Part shown: piece by piece, positions 21,325 through 30,375 of the stretch
How positions within the stretch are numbered: the first letter of the stretch is position 1
Layout of the letters: each line of letters opens with the position of its first letter
Notes under the pieces: model-generated
The model's database searches: none
Told to the model about the DNA's origin: nothing
Seen by the model: only the letters and a program-made list of their open reading frames with translations
NCBI RefSeq assembly: GCF_039974175.1
Contig: NZ_JBDWJN010000012.1
Location: 60,724-124,723 of the forward strand
Length of the DNA: 64,000 nt
Reading direction: 5' to 3'
Source of the DNA: Maribacter sp.
GTDB taxonomy: Bacteria > Bacteroidota > Bacteroidia > Flavobacteriales > Flavobacteriaceae
Position numbers and translations under genes: made by a program

Positions 21325-22084
21325 TATATTTTTCTAAGGAAAGCCGTTCACCATCAAAGACGGCATAGGTAAAATATGTGATCCAATCACCAAGATTGGT
21401 GTACCTTGATTTTCGGTTTAAATCAATTTCTAAAGGAAGGTGGCGATGACCGAAAACGAAGTGGTCGTAGTGCTGGGTTTCTAGTTTTCGTTTGGCATAT
21501 TGCACCAGCCATTCTTTATCTTCCCCTAAAAACTGTGCATCTTCGTCACCAGAAATTAACTTGTTCTTTACCGAAAAATACTGTGCTAAGCGAACACCCC
21601 AATCTGGATGCAACCATCGGTATAACCATTTAGAAACCGGATTGGTAAAGACTTTTTTCATTCGTTTGTACCCCTTGTCGTGTGGCCCCAAACCATCGCC
21701 ATGTCCTATAAAGAATGATACCCCGTTGATTTCGTATTGCTGAGGTTTATGAAAAACGGGGATATTGAGTTCTTCCTCAAAGTATCCATCCATCCAAAGA
21801 TCATGATTACCTACGAAATAATAAATAGGAATTCCAGAATCTGAAATTTCTGCAAGTTTCCCTAGTGTTCGGGTAAATCCTTTTGGAATAACGGTTTTGT
21901 ATTCCATCCAGAAATCAAAAAGATCGCCCAAAAGAAAAATAGCTCCGGCATCATCTTTTATTTCATCTAACCAAGCCACAAATTTCTTTTCGCGCGGGGC
22001 GCTCGCTTGCCTTGTGGGGGCGCCCAAGTGATTGTCGCTAGCGAAATAGACCTTCTTACCTTGAGGAATGTTGATGCTTGTCAT
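21314..22084 (-). CDS. lpxH: UDP-2,3-diacylglucosamine diphosphatase
   Basis: Calcineurin-like metallophosphoesterase motifs (FASDNHLG, GDLFD, GNHD, GHRH) in an LpxH-size protein. Confidence 0.8.
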   Translation of the reverse strand: MTSINIPQGKKVYFASDNHLGAPTRQASAPREKKFVAWLDEIKDDAGAIFLLGDLFDFWMEYKTVIPKGFTRTLGKLAEISDSGIPIYYFVGNHDLWMDGYFEEELNIPVFHKPQQYEINGVSFFIGHGDGLGPHDKGYKRMKKVFTNPVSKWLYRWLHPDWGVRLAQYFSVKNKLISGDEDAQFLGEDKEWLVQYAKRKLETQHYDHFVFGHRHLPLEIDLNRKSRYTNLGDWITYFTYAVFDGERLSLEKYITD

Positions 22085-22117
22085 TTGGTTATAAAGATAG
22101 GAAAAAGCAAAGCTGAC

Positions 22118-22567
22118 TTAATTATCTGAAGCATACCACTCTGCAAATGAAGTTTCAGTTTCCTGCAGTTTTAAGGAATGCAATTCAATATTGTTAGGCA
22201 ATCGCGCTTTTATTTTCGCCGCGAAATCAATGACCATATTCTCGCTCGTAGGCTGATAATCGGCCAAGATTACGTTGTGACCCCGTTCTGTTAATTCTTT
22301 GGCCAACTCCACATGCGGCGTATTTTTATTAAAGACCGTGGCATGATCAAATTGACTTACGATTTCTTCTTTTACGATTTTCTTTAGGTCGCCAAAGTCG
22401 ATTACCATACCTAATTTCACATGAGAAGTGTCTGTAATGGGATTACCTATAACGGTTACCGAAAGTTTATAACTGTGCCCATGCACATTTCTGCACTTAC
22501 CGTCATAACCAAATAAGGCATGGCCAGTTTCGAAATTAAATTGCTTGGTGATTCTGATGTTACTCAT
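22118..22567 (-). CDS. queD: 6-carboxytetrahydropterin synthase
   Basis: FNFETGHAL...CRNVHGHSYKL zinc/catalytic motif of the PTPS/QueD family. Confidence 0.85.
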   Translation of the reverse strand: MSNIRITKQFNFETGHALFGYDGKCRNVHGHSYKLSVTVIGNPITDTSHVKLGMVIDFGDLKKIVKEEIVSQFDHATVFNKNTPHVELAKELTERGHNVILADYQPTSENMVIDFAAKIKARLPNNIELHSLKLQETETSFAEWYASDN

Positions 22568-22584
22568 TTGTGTTTTTTGCCTTG

Positions 22585-22592
22585 CAAAGGTA
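22585..22592 (-). promoter_or_regulatory. Bacteroidota-type -7 promoter box (TACCTTTG) upstream of queD
   Basis: Exact TAnnTTTG match on the minus strand 18-25 nt upstream of the queD ATG. Confidence 0.45.
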
Positions 22593-22688
22593 ACTATTTA
22601 CACGATAATCGAACTTTGAATGTACGGTGGCTTAGCTAAATTTTAGCCGCCTTTTCTTCTACCTTATCAGAGATTGCTAAGAGGCGAG

Positions 22689-23909
22689 TTAATCATCTCT
22701 AAGCACAGGTTGTGTCCAGGCCATTTCATACAACATACTTTCAATCGGATTAGCTTGCAATTTTGAAGAGGTAATTCGAGCACGTACAAAATGGAGGTCA
22801 TCGGTGAGTTCAAAATCGGCTTTTGTTCCCTTTATAGACCGCAACTCTTCTGTTGCTGAGGCTCCCTTTCGAAGCCCAATGAACGTTATGGTATAGGCAA
22901 CACCCTCTTCCTTAGCTACTTCAATAGCTAGCTTATTGTTTTCGTGTTTTATGCTCTTCAAGGCGGTTCCGGTACTGGCATAAAACTGCCCTGCTTCTAA
23001 TGCCTTGATTAGGGAAGAGGCAGAGAGGGTATCTGATTGTACCATGACCCATCCTCGGCCCGCATTGCTCCATTCGCTACCTGATTTATGGTAATGATGC
23101 GAGTCATCTGTGGCTAGACCATACATGATAGGCTTGTTATTTTCCAAATAGGAAATATTGATCAGATCCCACATCGTTTCAGTTGAAATATGTGTTGAAT
23201 CACCCATGTTATGTACCATTGGATGACCATTATATAGCTCAAAAAAACGCTCACCGCTTAGAGAAATCATATCATTCAGGGCGATGCCATACCCGAAATT
23301 AGGATGGTTAATATGCGGTAGTATGGGCGCCTCTGTTTGCTGTCTTTGCTGTAGTACTTGATTGATATTATTTTGCAGCACTTGTGACACGCTATTACCA
23401 CCCTGAGGTTCAATTTTGGTTTGAATATTTGTGGCGTTCATATGCAAGGGTTTGCCCTCAAAGTCATCGGTAATTTCTTCTGCTTGAATAACCAAGAAGC
23501 GCCCTTCCTCTTCTGAACGGCTCTTGTACTCGGCATAGGTTTTTAGCTTCACCAGAGTTCGCCCCGAATCTACTTTGTGGTTTACCCAATCTGGCCCAAA
23601 GTCTTCAAGATACCTTTGAAACGCTCTTTGATATATCGAATCTGCCGAAATCTCAATCCATTTTTCACCTTCGGCCAAGGTATTGTGATCTGACAGGGCT
23701 ATAAAATGATAGCCTTGAGATTTATACCAATTCAATATCACTTCGGGAAATTCATCACCATCGCTCCAGTAGGAATGTGTATGTAGATTTCCCTTGTACC
23801 ATTTTTGTGATAGCTCCTTTTCTTTGGAAGCCTGTTTGTTTTCTTTACAGCTAACCGCTGCTAGAAAAACCAACAAAATCACAACCTTAGCGGTTTTGAA
23901 GATGCTCAT
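22689..23909 (-). CDS. PHP-domain (CehA/McbA-like) metallohydrolase, exported
   Basis: Signal/lipobox, then GNLHTHSYWSDGD and ALSDHN PHP-type metal motifs. Confidence 0.6.
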   Translation of the reverse strand: MSIFKTAKVVILLVFLAAVSCKENKQASKEKELSQKWYKGNLHTHSYWSDGDEFPEVILNWYKSQGYHFIALSDHNTLAEGEKWIEISADSIYQRAFQRYLEDFGPDWVNHKVDSGRTLVKLKTYAEYKSRSEEEGRFLVIQAEEITDDFEGKPLHMNATNIQTKIEPQGGNSVSQVLQNNINQVLQQRQQTEAPILPHINHPNFGYGIALNDMISLSGERFFELYNGHPMVHNMGDSTHISTETMWDLINISYLENNKPIMYGLATDDSHHYHKSGSEWSNAGRGWVMVQSDTLSASSLIKALEAGQFYASTGTALKSIKHENNKLAIEVAKEEGVAYTITFIGLRKGASATEELRSIKGTKADFELTDDLHFVRARITSSKLQANPIESMLYEMAWTQPVLRDD

Positions 23910-23974
23910 GGGTTTTAAGAATTGCGTTGAAAGCTAAAGGTAGGAAATTTTGAAGCTGGCCGTTAGGGTTGTAC

Positions 23975-24406
23975 CTAATTGATACTGATATTGGTATCTC
24001 CTATGGCGATATTAACATGGCAGCAATCGGTATCAATGACGTATTCGGCCTCCGCAACTTTTTCCTCATTAATAAAGCCCCTGAAAACAAGGTTTCTTTT
24101 GGTGTTCTGGTTGGTAGCAACAAAAGAGTCGTCATATAAAGGATATTGGCCACTTCGCCTTGCCATTTGAAAAGCATCAAAAGTAATATCTAGGGTAATA
24201 TTTTCAGAAGTTTTTAGATCGACTACCTCAAAACGATCGAGGGGTATCAATGCACCATCGGCATCGGTTACTGTCACGATTAAGGTGACAAATTGTTCGG
24301 TACAAGCAACTACCGAACAGTCTACTGCAATAGGATCAATTGGATTGCTGTCGTCACAATTCGCTAAAAACAAGAAAAGAAAACAGAAAAGAAGCAGCTT
24401 TTTCAT
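23975..24406 (-). CDS. Hypothetical lipoprotein
   Basis: MKKLLLFCFLFLFLANC lipobox; 143 aa. Confidence 0.6.
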   Translation of the reverse strand: MKKLLLFCFLFLFLANCDDSNPIDPIAVDCSVVACTEQFVTLIVTVTDADGALIPLDRFEVVDLKTSENITLDITFDAFQMARRSGQYPLYDDSFVATNQNTKRNLVFRGFINEEKVAEAEYVIDTDCCHVNIAIGDTNISIN

Positions 24407-24477
24407 AGGTGTACATCTTGATAATTATCTATACGAAAGATGCGATTTACTGCGAGCGTTGCGTAAACATTTTAAAT

Positions 24478-24591
24478 TTAACGTTTGAACTTACGTCTTG
24501 TACGAACGCGGTTTACGAAATAAATAACCACCACAAAAAGCGCTAGAATAGGAAAGACCAGGTCTCCGTTAAGAAAATTTAAAATATCCAT
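24478..24591 (-). CDS. Possible 37-aa single-TM small protein
   Basis: ATG-initiated MDILNFLNGDLVFPILALFVVVIYFVNRVRTRRKFKR: hydrophobic core plus basic tail; below the ORF-track length cutoff. Confidence 0.3.
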   Translation of the reverse strand: MDILNFLNGDLVFPILALFVVVIYFVNRVRTRRKFKR

Positions 24592-24640
24592 AGTACTACA
24601 AATCGCATTAGGCAACTAGAACGTAAAATACAGGCGCTTA

Positions 24641-25408
24641 TTATTTTTTAAATTTGGAGAGTGCATTTCTCGTAAATTCAGAAAGTACTAATCTTCCTGT
24701 AATGGCAGCGCGATCGATTAATAAGGTATCCCAATGGGCAGTGTCTTTCCAAAGCACTTTTTTCCATTCCTCCAAAGCTTCTGCATTATAGGCTGATAGT
24801 TTTTCTACAAAGAATTCTAACTCCTTATCAAGCGCTTTCATGCTGTCGAAGACTTTTGAATACAAACCTTTCTCTTGCGCCCAATAAGCGTTTTTCCATT
24901 CTGATGGAGAAAGTGAAAGTTCGGAAATTGCTGCCGTTCCAATTTTGCGTTCTACTGCTGGTTCGATCACCAATGGAGCGATACCGATAGTCAATTCTGA
25001 TAAGCGAATGGAGGCATCTTCGGAGGCAAACACGTAATCACAGGCTGAGGCCAAACCGACACCCCCCCCTACGGTTTTACCCTGAACTCGGCCTACAATC
25101 ACTTTTTTACAGCTTCTCATGGCATTGATAACGTTTGCAAATCCGCTAAAGAATACTTTCCCTTCTTCCAAATTGGAAACCGCCATCAACTCATCAAAAG
25201 AAGCTCCGGCACAAAAGGCGCGGTCTCCTTCAGATTTCAAAACGACCACCGAGATAGCTGAATTATCAGAAAGGGTGTTGAATTCTGCGGTTAGTCTATC
25301 TAAAAGTTCTGCTACAAATGAATTGCTAGCCGGGTGACCGAATTCAACCGTGGCGATTTTGCCGTCAATTTTGGTATATAAGCTTCCGTTTGCTCTGCTC
25401 GTAGGCAT
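24641..25408 (-). CDS. Enoyl-CoA hydratase/isomerase family protein
   Basis: Crotonase-fold blocks (RAFCAGASFDEL, GKTVGGGVGLA). Confidence 0.85.
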   Translation of the reverse strand: MPTSRANGSLYTKIDGKIATVEFGHPASNSFVAELLDRLTAEFNTLSDNSAISVVVLKSEGDRAFCAGASFDELMAVSNLEEGKVFFSGFANVINAMRSCKKVIVGRVQGKTVGGGVGLASACDYVFASEDASIRLSELTIGIAPLVIEPAVERKIGTAAISELSLSPSEWKNAYWAQEKGLYSKVFDSMKALDKELEFFVEKLSAYNAEALEEWKKVLWKDTAHWDTLLIDRAAITGRLVLSEFTRNALSKFKK

Positions 25409-25556
25409 ATTGAAAAAATGTTTGGGGTAAAGGTAGAATTTTATTAGAAAACTAAGGCTGTTTTCAGCGGACTGTCAGCTTGCATGCAGTCGAAATACTT
25501 CGGAACACCAAAAGGCTACCTTTGCATACAGAATGACATCAGCCATAAGGTCACTA

Positions 25557-26894
25557 TCAAGAAAGCAAGGGTCGAAACTTGCTTCGAAACTTCCAGACCA
25601 GCGCCAAACCACGAATCAACATCCAAACGGTAAAGGCAATCCAGATACCGTAAAGCCCCCAATTCAAATACTTTCCCAAAAAAAGAACGGGAATAAAACC
25701 AAGAAAGGTAGCCGTTAGCAGCGTATTTCTAAGGTATTTCATCTCCCCCAGCCCTTTGAACAGCCCATCTAAAACAAAGGCCATGGTATTCATGGGCCAT
25801 CCTAAAATCACAATAAAAAAGATAGCGTAAAAGGTTTGCAACACCACGGTCTCATTGGAGAACAAACGTCCGATAGGGTAATAAAACAAGAATCCGAAGA
25901 GCACCAAAACGAGACTTACGAGTAATCCGTACAACAGTATCCTTTTGGCCAAAAACCAGAGGCCATTGTAATCTTTTGCTCCTAAGAGTCGTCCGCCCAT
26001 AATATTTCCTGCGGCACCATAGCCATCGATAAAGAAGGCAGAGAACAACCAAATGTTCAGGGCTATGGTATGAGCGGCTATGTATTTGTCACCCAAGGCG
26101 GTGGCCTCACGAACTGCTAGTATCAATGCTGTGTTTAAGGCAATTGCTCGAACAAATAGGTTGAGACTCATGATGACCAGTCTTCCCAATTCATCGTGAA
26201 GTGGAAATTTCAGTTTCAGGCTAATATTTGTTTTGGTAAGCAATAGCACAAAAGCCATAATTGCCATGATCGCTTGTGCAATAAGGCTAGCCCAGGCGGC
26301 TCCCTCTAGATACATGGGTGCTATAACACCCTCTATACCGTATACTAGTATCACATCAAGGAGTACGTTTAAAAGCGCTCCAACCAGAGCGATCATCATG
26401 GGCCAATAGGTGTTTTGGAGTCCGCGGAAAATACCCATCACCGCAAACACAAATAAGGTCAACGGAAAGCCCCAAACGCGAATAGCATAGTACGAAATAC
26501 AATACTGCAGTATTTTACCAGAAGCATTGAGAAGCTTAAAGATATCCTCCACAATAAATATGGTCGACAGCAAAATTAGAATGCTCAGACTGATATTCAG
26601 AAAAATAGCTTGGGCCGGAAGTGTTTGTACTTTGTCAAGTTTTCCTGCCCCTAAATATTGAGAAATTATGGCAGAAATCGCACTTCGTGTTTGGCCAAGA
26701 ATCCAGATCAGCATTGATAAAAAAGAGCCTACGATTCCTGCGGCGGCCAGCGATTCAACCCCGTCTACGGGAATATTCCCTACAATCGCCGTATCGGTAA
26801 TTGACAGCAGCGGCTCTGCAATGCCGGCAATGGTTGCAGGAATGGCCAGTTTGTTGATTGTCTTAAAATTGATTGCCGTTTTTTGAACGCTCAT
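25557..26894 (-). CDS. MATE-family efflux transporter
   Basis: 445 aa, 12 TM segments, N-terminal LAIPATIAGIAEPLLSITDTAIVG block. Confidence 0.88.
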   Translation of the reverse strand: MSVQKTAINFKTINKLAIPATIAGIAEPLLSITDTAIVGNIPVDGVESLAAAGIVGSFLSMLIWILGQTRSAISAIISQYLGAGKLDKVQTLPAQAIFLNISLSILILLSTIFIVEDIFKLLNASGKILQYCISYYAIRVWGFPLTLFVFAVMGIFRGLQNTYWPMMIALVGALLNVLLDVILVYGIEGVIAPMYLEGAAWASLIAQAIMAIMAFVLLLTKTNISLKLKFPLHDELGRLVIMSLNLFVRAIALNTALILAVREATALGDKYIAAHTIALNIWLFSAFFIDGYGAAGNIMGGRLLGAKDYNGLWFLAKRILLYGLLVSLVLVLFGFLFYYPIGRLFSNETVVLQTFYAIFFIVILGWPMNTMAFVLDGLFKGLGEMKYLRNTLLTATFLGFIPVLFLGKYLNWGLYGIWIAFTVWMLIRGLALVWKFRSKFRPLLS

Positions 26895-26897
26895 GGG

Positions 26898-27398
26898 CTA
26901 AAAGACGAGTTCATAACAATGAAACGGATGTTCGCTCTGCTTTGGATAGTAAATATCTTCAAGGCGCTGGTAGCCTCTTTTTTCATAGAACCGTTGATTG
27001 CGTTTGTTTTGGCTAAAGGTATCGAGGCGTACTGAAACAAAACCCTGTTCCTTGGCCCGATTTTCGGCAAAATCCATGAGCTTTTGGGCATAACCACTAC
27101 CCTGTTGGTCAGGGTCAATTGACAGGCGGTGAATATAGACGTTCTGCTCATTTGGTGTTAGCCATTTCACGGGTTTATATTCTTCATCTACAAGGGTAGA
27201 TACCACTACAGTTCCAATAATTTTCTTATCGACCTCAAGTACAAACAGTTCGTCTCTTTCAATGTCTTTTTCAAAGGCAGCGGCAGACGGATAATGTTCG
27301 TTCCATTGGTAGATTCCGTTCGAAATCATGTATGCTGCGCAGGCTTTGCAAATAGTAATAATCTCGGGTATTTCCGATATCTTTGCATGTCGAATCAT
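26898..27398 (-). CDS. GNAT-family N-acetyltransferase
   Basis: Acetyl-CoA motif QQGSGYAQKLMDFAE; start at ATG 27398 is preferred, but ATG 27443 is also possible; 3-nt gap to the MATE gene. Confidence 0.8.
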   Translation of the reverse strand: MIRHAKISEIPEIITICKACAAYMISNGIYQWNEHYPSAAAFEKDIERDELFVLEVDKKIIGTVVVSTLVDEEYKPVKWLTPNEQNVYIHRLSIDPDQQGSGYAQKLMDFAENRAKEQGFVSVRLDTFSQNKRNQRFYEKRGYQRLEDIYYPKQSEHPFHCYELVF

Positions 27399-27451
27399 TC
27401 GTACAGTTGAATTTAATTGTAAATTTAGAATATTAATCAACATTCTTTTCC

Positions 27452-28246
27452 ATGAAAAACATTCTTGTTCCTATTGGCACTTCCAATACTGGCGAAACGC
27501 TGCAATATGCAGTTGATTTCGCATCCGAATTTTCAGCACAGGTTTTTGTAATGGATGTTTTTACCGTATCGGCAAAGGCTGGTAGTTTGGCCAATATTTC
27601 GGAAAAAGTAGCAAAAAGCGCCAAAGAACGTTTAAAAGAAGTCATTGACAAAGTCGACGCAAAGGGTGCAGCGATTAAAATTGCCACTTATAATGGGGAG
27701 ATTACTGACGGGCTGAAGGAAATAGACCGTGAATTGGGTATTGATTTGATCATTGTTGCACCGAGAAGTAACGATATCAAAGAGGAACTCTATTTGGGAA
27801 ATACCACCGGTAAAATCATAAAGAAGACTGATATACCTGCACTTATCGTACCCAGGGGCACAGTTTTCGCACCTTTCAAAACGGTTTTGACAGCCTTTAA
27901 ATCGGGTATTTTAAAGAAAAAGCGCATGTTGGAGCCGCTACTATCTATACAAAACAAATTCGGCACTAAAGTGAATTTACTTTTGGTAAAAACACCTGGT
28001 TACGACACTGATGATTTAAAGGTGAATCCGGCTCTGATGGATATCAGTGAACAATTGACACTGACGGAAAATGCAACTACCTACCAAGGGGTGCTAGAAC
28101 ATTTTCAATCGCAGCATCCTGATTTGCTTTGTGTTTTTCGACGAAAGAGAGGTTTCTTCAAAAAGCTTTGGGAAAAGAACACGATTTTGAAATCAGAGTT
28201 CTTTGTCAAAATACCTGTTTTGATGCTTCGTGTGAAGAAGGACTAA
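27452..28246 (+). CDS. Universal stress protein (tandem Usp-like)
   Basis: MKNILVPIGTS...DLIIVAPR...LGNTTGKIIKKTDIPALIVP pattern. Confidence 0.75.
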   Translation: MKNILVPIGTSNTGETLQYAVDFASEFSAQVFVMDVFTVSAKAGSLANISEKVAKSAKERLKEVIDKVDAKGAAIKIATYNGEITDGLKEIDRELGIDLIIVAPRSNDIKEELYLGNTTGKIIKKTDIPALIVPRGTVFAPFKTVLTAFKSGILKKKRMLEPLLSIQNKFGTKVNLLLVKTPGYDTDDLKVNPALMDISEQLTLTENATTYQGVLEHFQSQHPDLLCVFRRKRGFFKKLWEKNTILKSEFFVKIPVLMLRVKKD

Positions 28247-28274
28247 ATAACAGCCGAATTACAGCGGGTTACAT

Positions 28275-28305
28275 TTTGATACTTATACTAAAAGTATTTT
28301 CTTTG
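28275..28305 (+). promoter_or_regulatory. Candidate promoter of tRNA-Ala (TTTG-N19-TTTCTTTG)
   Basis: -33-like TTTG (28275-28278) and -7-like TTTCTTTG (28298-28305) 13 nt upstream of the tRNA; the -7 box deviates from TAnnTTTG at position 2. Confidence 0.35.
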
Positions 28306-28317
28306 CCTCAGCCAAAA

Positions 28318-28395
<78 letters not shown>

Positions 28396-28690
28396 ATATT
28401 TAAAGGCCTTCACAGATGTGGGGGCTTTTTCGTTTTTTAGCAATGCACAGTTTGTGCACACTTTTGAAATTTTCTTCTTTTTCAGTTAAGATTTAACATA
28501 AATAGACTGAATTCAAGTCGAATGAGTGCAACCAAAAGTACAATAATACCTTCGTTTTACGTTTCTGGACATTCTTAAATGATAGGATCCAGAAATTCCC
28601 TTTAAAAAAACTCTGAAGCCAAGGTTATTGTTTGATGGAAGTGATTTTACATAAGAGAACTATTCGAAAAATTACTAAGTTTGTTGTTGA

Positions 28691-28996
28691 ATGAAAAAAA
28701 TCTTAGAACGTTTTAGTGCTGTTCTTTTAATCGGCTTACTGCTGATCAAGGTTTCTGCGTTCCATGTTTATGAGCATCACGATTCTTTAGACGATTCAAA
28801 CGATCATTGTGAGCTCTGTGTATTGACAATCGAAGGACAACAGTCGGAAAGCTTGACACCCCCATTGACAGTTGTCGTACACTCACCGTTACAATTTCCT
28901 TCTCTGCCCAAAATCCACTCCTTAGAGGAAGGATATGTTCAGACTATTGTAAAGGGCAATCTCTTCGCTAGACCCCCGCCACAGCAGTTGGCTTAA
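28691..28996 (+). CDS. Small membrane-anchored His-rich CxxC protein (CELC paralog 1)
   Basis: N-terminal TM, HVYEHHDSLDDSNDHCELC block, C-terminal ARPPP; paralogous to 29782-30117. Confidence 0.65.
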   Translation: MKKILERFSAVLLIGLLLIKVSAFHVYEHHDSLDDSNDHCELCVLTIEGQQSESLTPPLTVVVHSPLQFPSLPKIHSLEEGYVQTIVKGNLFARPPPQQLA

Positions 28997-29164
28997 GAAG
29001 CCACTCTATTATTTTTCTACACTTTCAGAACTATTCAGCTTCTGATTGTACTTCCATTCTTAATTGGGTTTTCCGTACTTATTACGGAGCATTGTGACTT
29101 AAAAACCCAATTTTAGCCGGGAGTAAATCAAACAATATTTTATAATTAATTCTATATACTAGCG

Positions 29165-29722
29165 ATGCGCAAGATTAAATTTTTATCACTATTAGCTTTA
29201 ACCGGATTTCTTTTTATGGGCTGTTCAGAAGACGATAACGGCCCCGAACCTATTAATGAAGAAGAAGTGATTACTACAATACAGGTAACATTAAACCCAG
29301 ACAGCGGGGGAACAGTTATCACCTTATCGTCTCAAGACCTCGACGGTGATGGGCCAGATGCCCCTGTGGTTGAAGTTTCAGGAAACATGGTTGCCGGAAC
29401 AACTTATACTGGCAACATATTGCTATTAAACGAAACCGAGACCCCACCGGAAAACATTACCGCCGAAGTCGAAGAAGAAGATGATGAGCACCAATTCTTT
29501 TATACGGTAGGTGCTGGTCTTGACCTCACTACAGAATATGTCAATTTTGATGGTGATGGCAATCCATTGGGTACACAAATACGAGTAACTGCTGGCGCCC
29601 CCAGTACGGGAACGCTAACGTTCACCTTACGACACGAGCCCAAGAAACCGAATGACGGTACTTTAACCGATGCAGGCGGGGAAACCGATATCGCCCAGAT
29701 ATTTACCATAACCGTCGAATAA
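29165..29722 (+). CDS. Acidic lipoprotein (unknown function)
   Basis: Lipobox LFMGCSEDD; D/E-rich (EVEEEDDEHQFFY); sits between the two CELC paralogs. Confidence 0.7.
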   Translation: MRKIKFLSLLALTGFLFMGCSEDDNGPEPINEEEVITTIQVTLNPDSGGTVITLSSQDLDGDGPDAPVVEVSGNMVAGTTYTGNILLLNETETPPENITAEVEEEDDEHQFFYTVGAGLDLTTEYVNFDGDGNPLGTQIRVTAGAPSTGTLTFTLRHEPKKPNDGTLTDAGGETDIAQIFTITVE

Positions 29723-29781
29723 GGATTGAACTACATTTAAACATAAAATAGGGAGTGGATATACTCCCCTCCCTTTTTCTT

Positions 29782-30117
29782 ATGAGCGCGGAAAAGACAA
29801 AAAAAAAGTTTGGAATACTATTGGCAACGATTCTATTGTTTCAGTTGTCATACCATACTGTGCATGTCTTTACGCAACATAGCTCAGATAATCATATCGA
29901 GCATAGTACTCACGATACCCAAATCGATACAGCCTCTGTAACCTGCGAACTATGCGCCAAATTATTGGGTCACACCCAATACTTTACGGTATATCCCACT
30001 GTTCTTTTAGGTATATATTTCCCTTTGCTTCACTTCAATCTAGGCGAATCCATTGGTACGCTAGGAGTGAAAAAAAATCATCTTCTTAGAGGACCTCCCT
30101 CGCATTTTGTTCGGTAA
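29782..30117 (+). CDS. Small membrane-anchored His-rich CxxC protein (CELC paralog 2)
   Basis: TM, HTVHVFTQHSSDNHIEHSTHD...CELC, C-terminal LLRGPP; start set to ATG 29782. Confidence 0.6.
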   Translation: MSAEKTKKKFGILLATILLFQLSYHTVHVFTQHSSDNHIEHSTHDTQIDTASVTCELCAKLLGHTQYFTVYPTVLLGIYFPLLHFNLGESIGTLGVKKNHLLRGPPSHFVR

Positions 30118-30375
30118 CATTTTCAATGTACAAGGCGGTATGTTTTGAGCATTCAACCTCAACACTTTGTATTAAAACTTTAGTTTGCAAAGTGATTGTT
30201 GCAGCCGATTTGGAAACATTCCTTCAATTTCAAGACTTGCATCATTTGCAATACAAAGAAAGCAGTGCTGCCCTACTGGGGTCTTGATGGGCTTTGGGGA
30301 AATTGGACTTTTAGCAGTACTCATCTTTTTGACTGGGTTCTTCAACATAAATAAAAAATCTAACACGAATCAATA

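Noticed and set aside
29751-29778. GGGAGT ggatat ACTCCC hairpin after the acidic lipoprotein gene, considered as an intrinsic terminator
   Set aside because: The stem is only 6 bp and the T-run is separated from it by 5 nt. It may attenuate transcription but is too weak to annotate.
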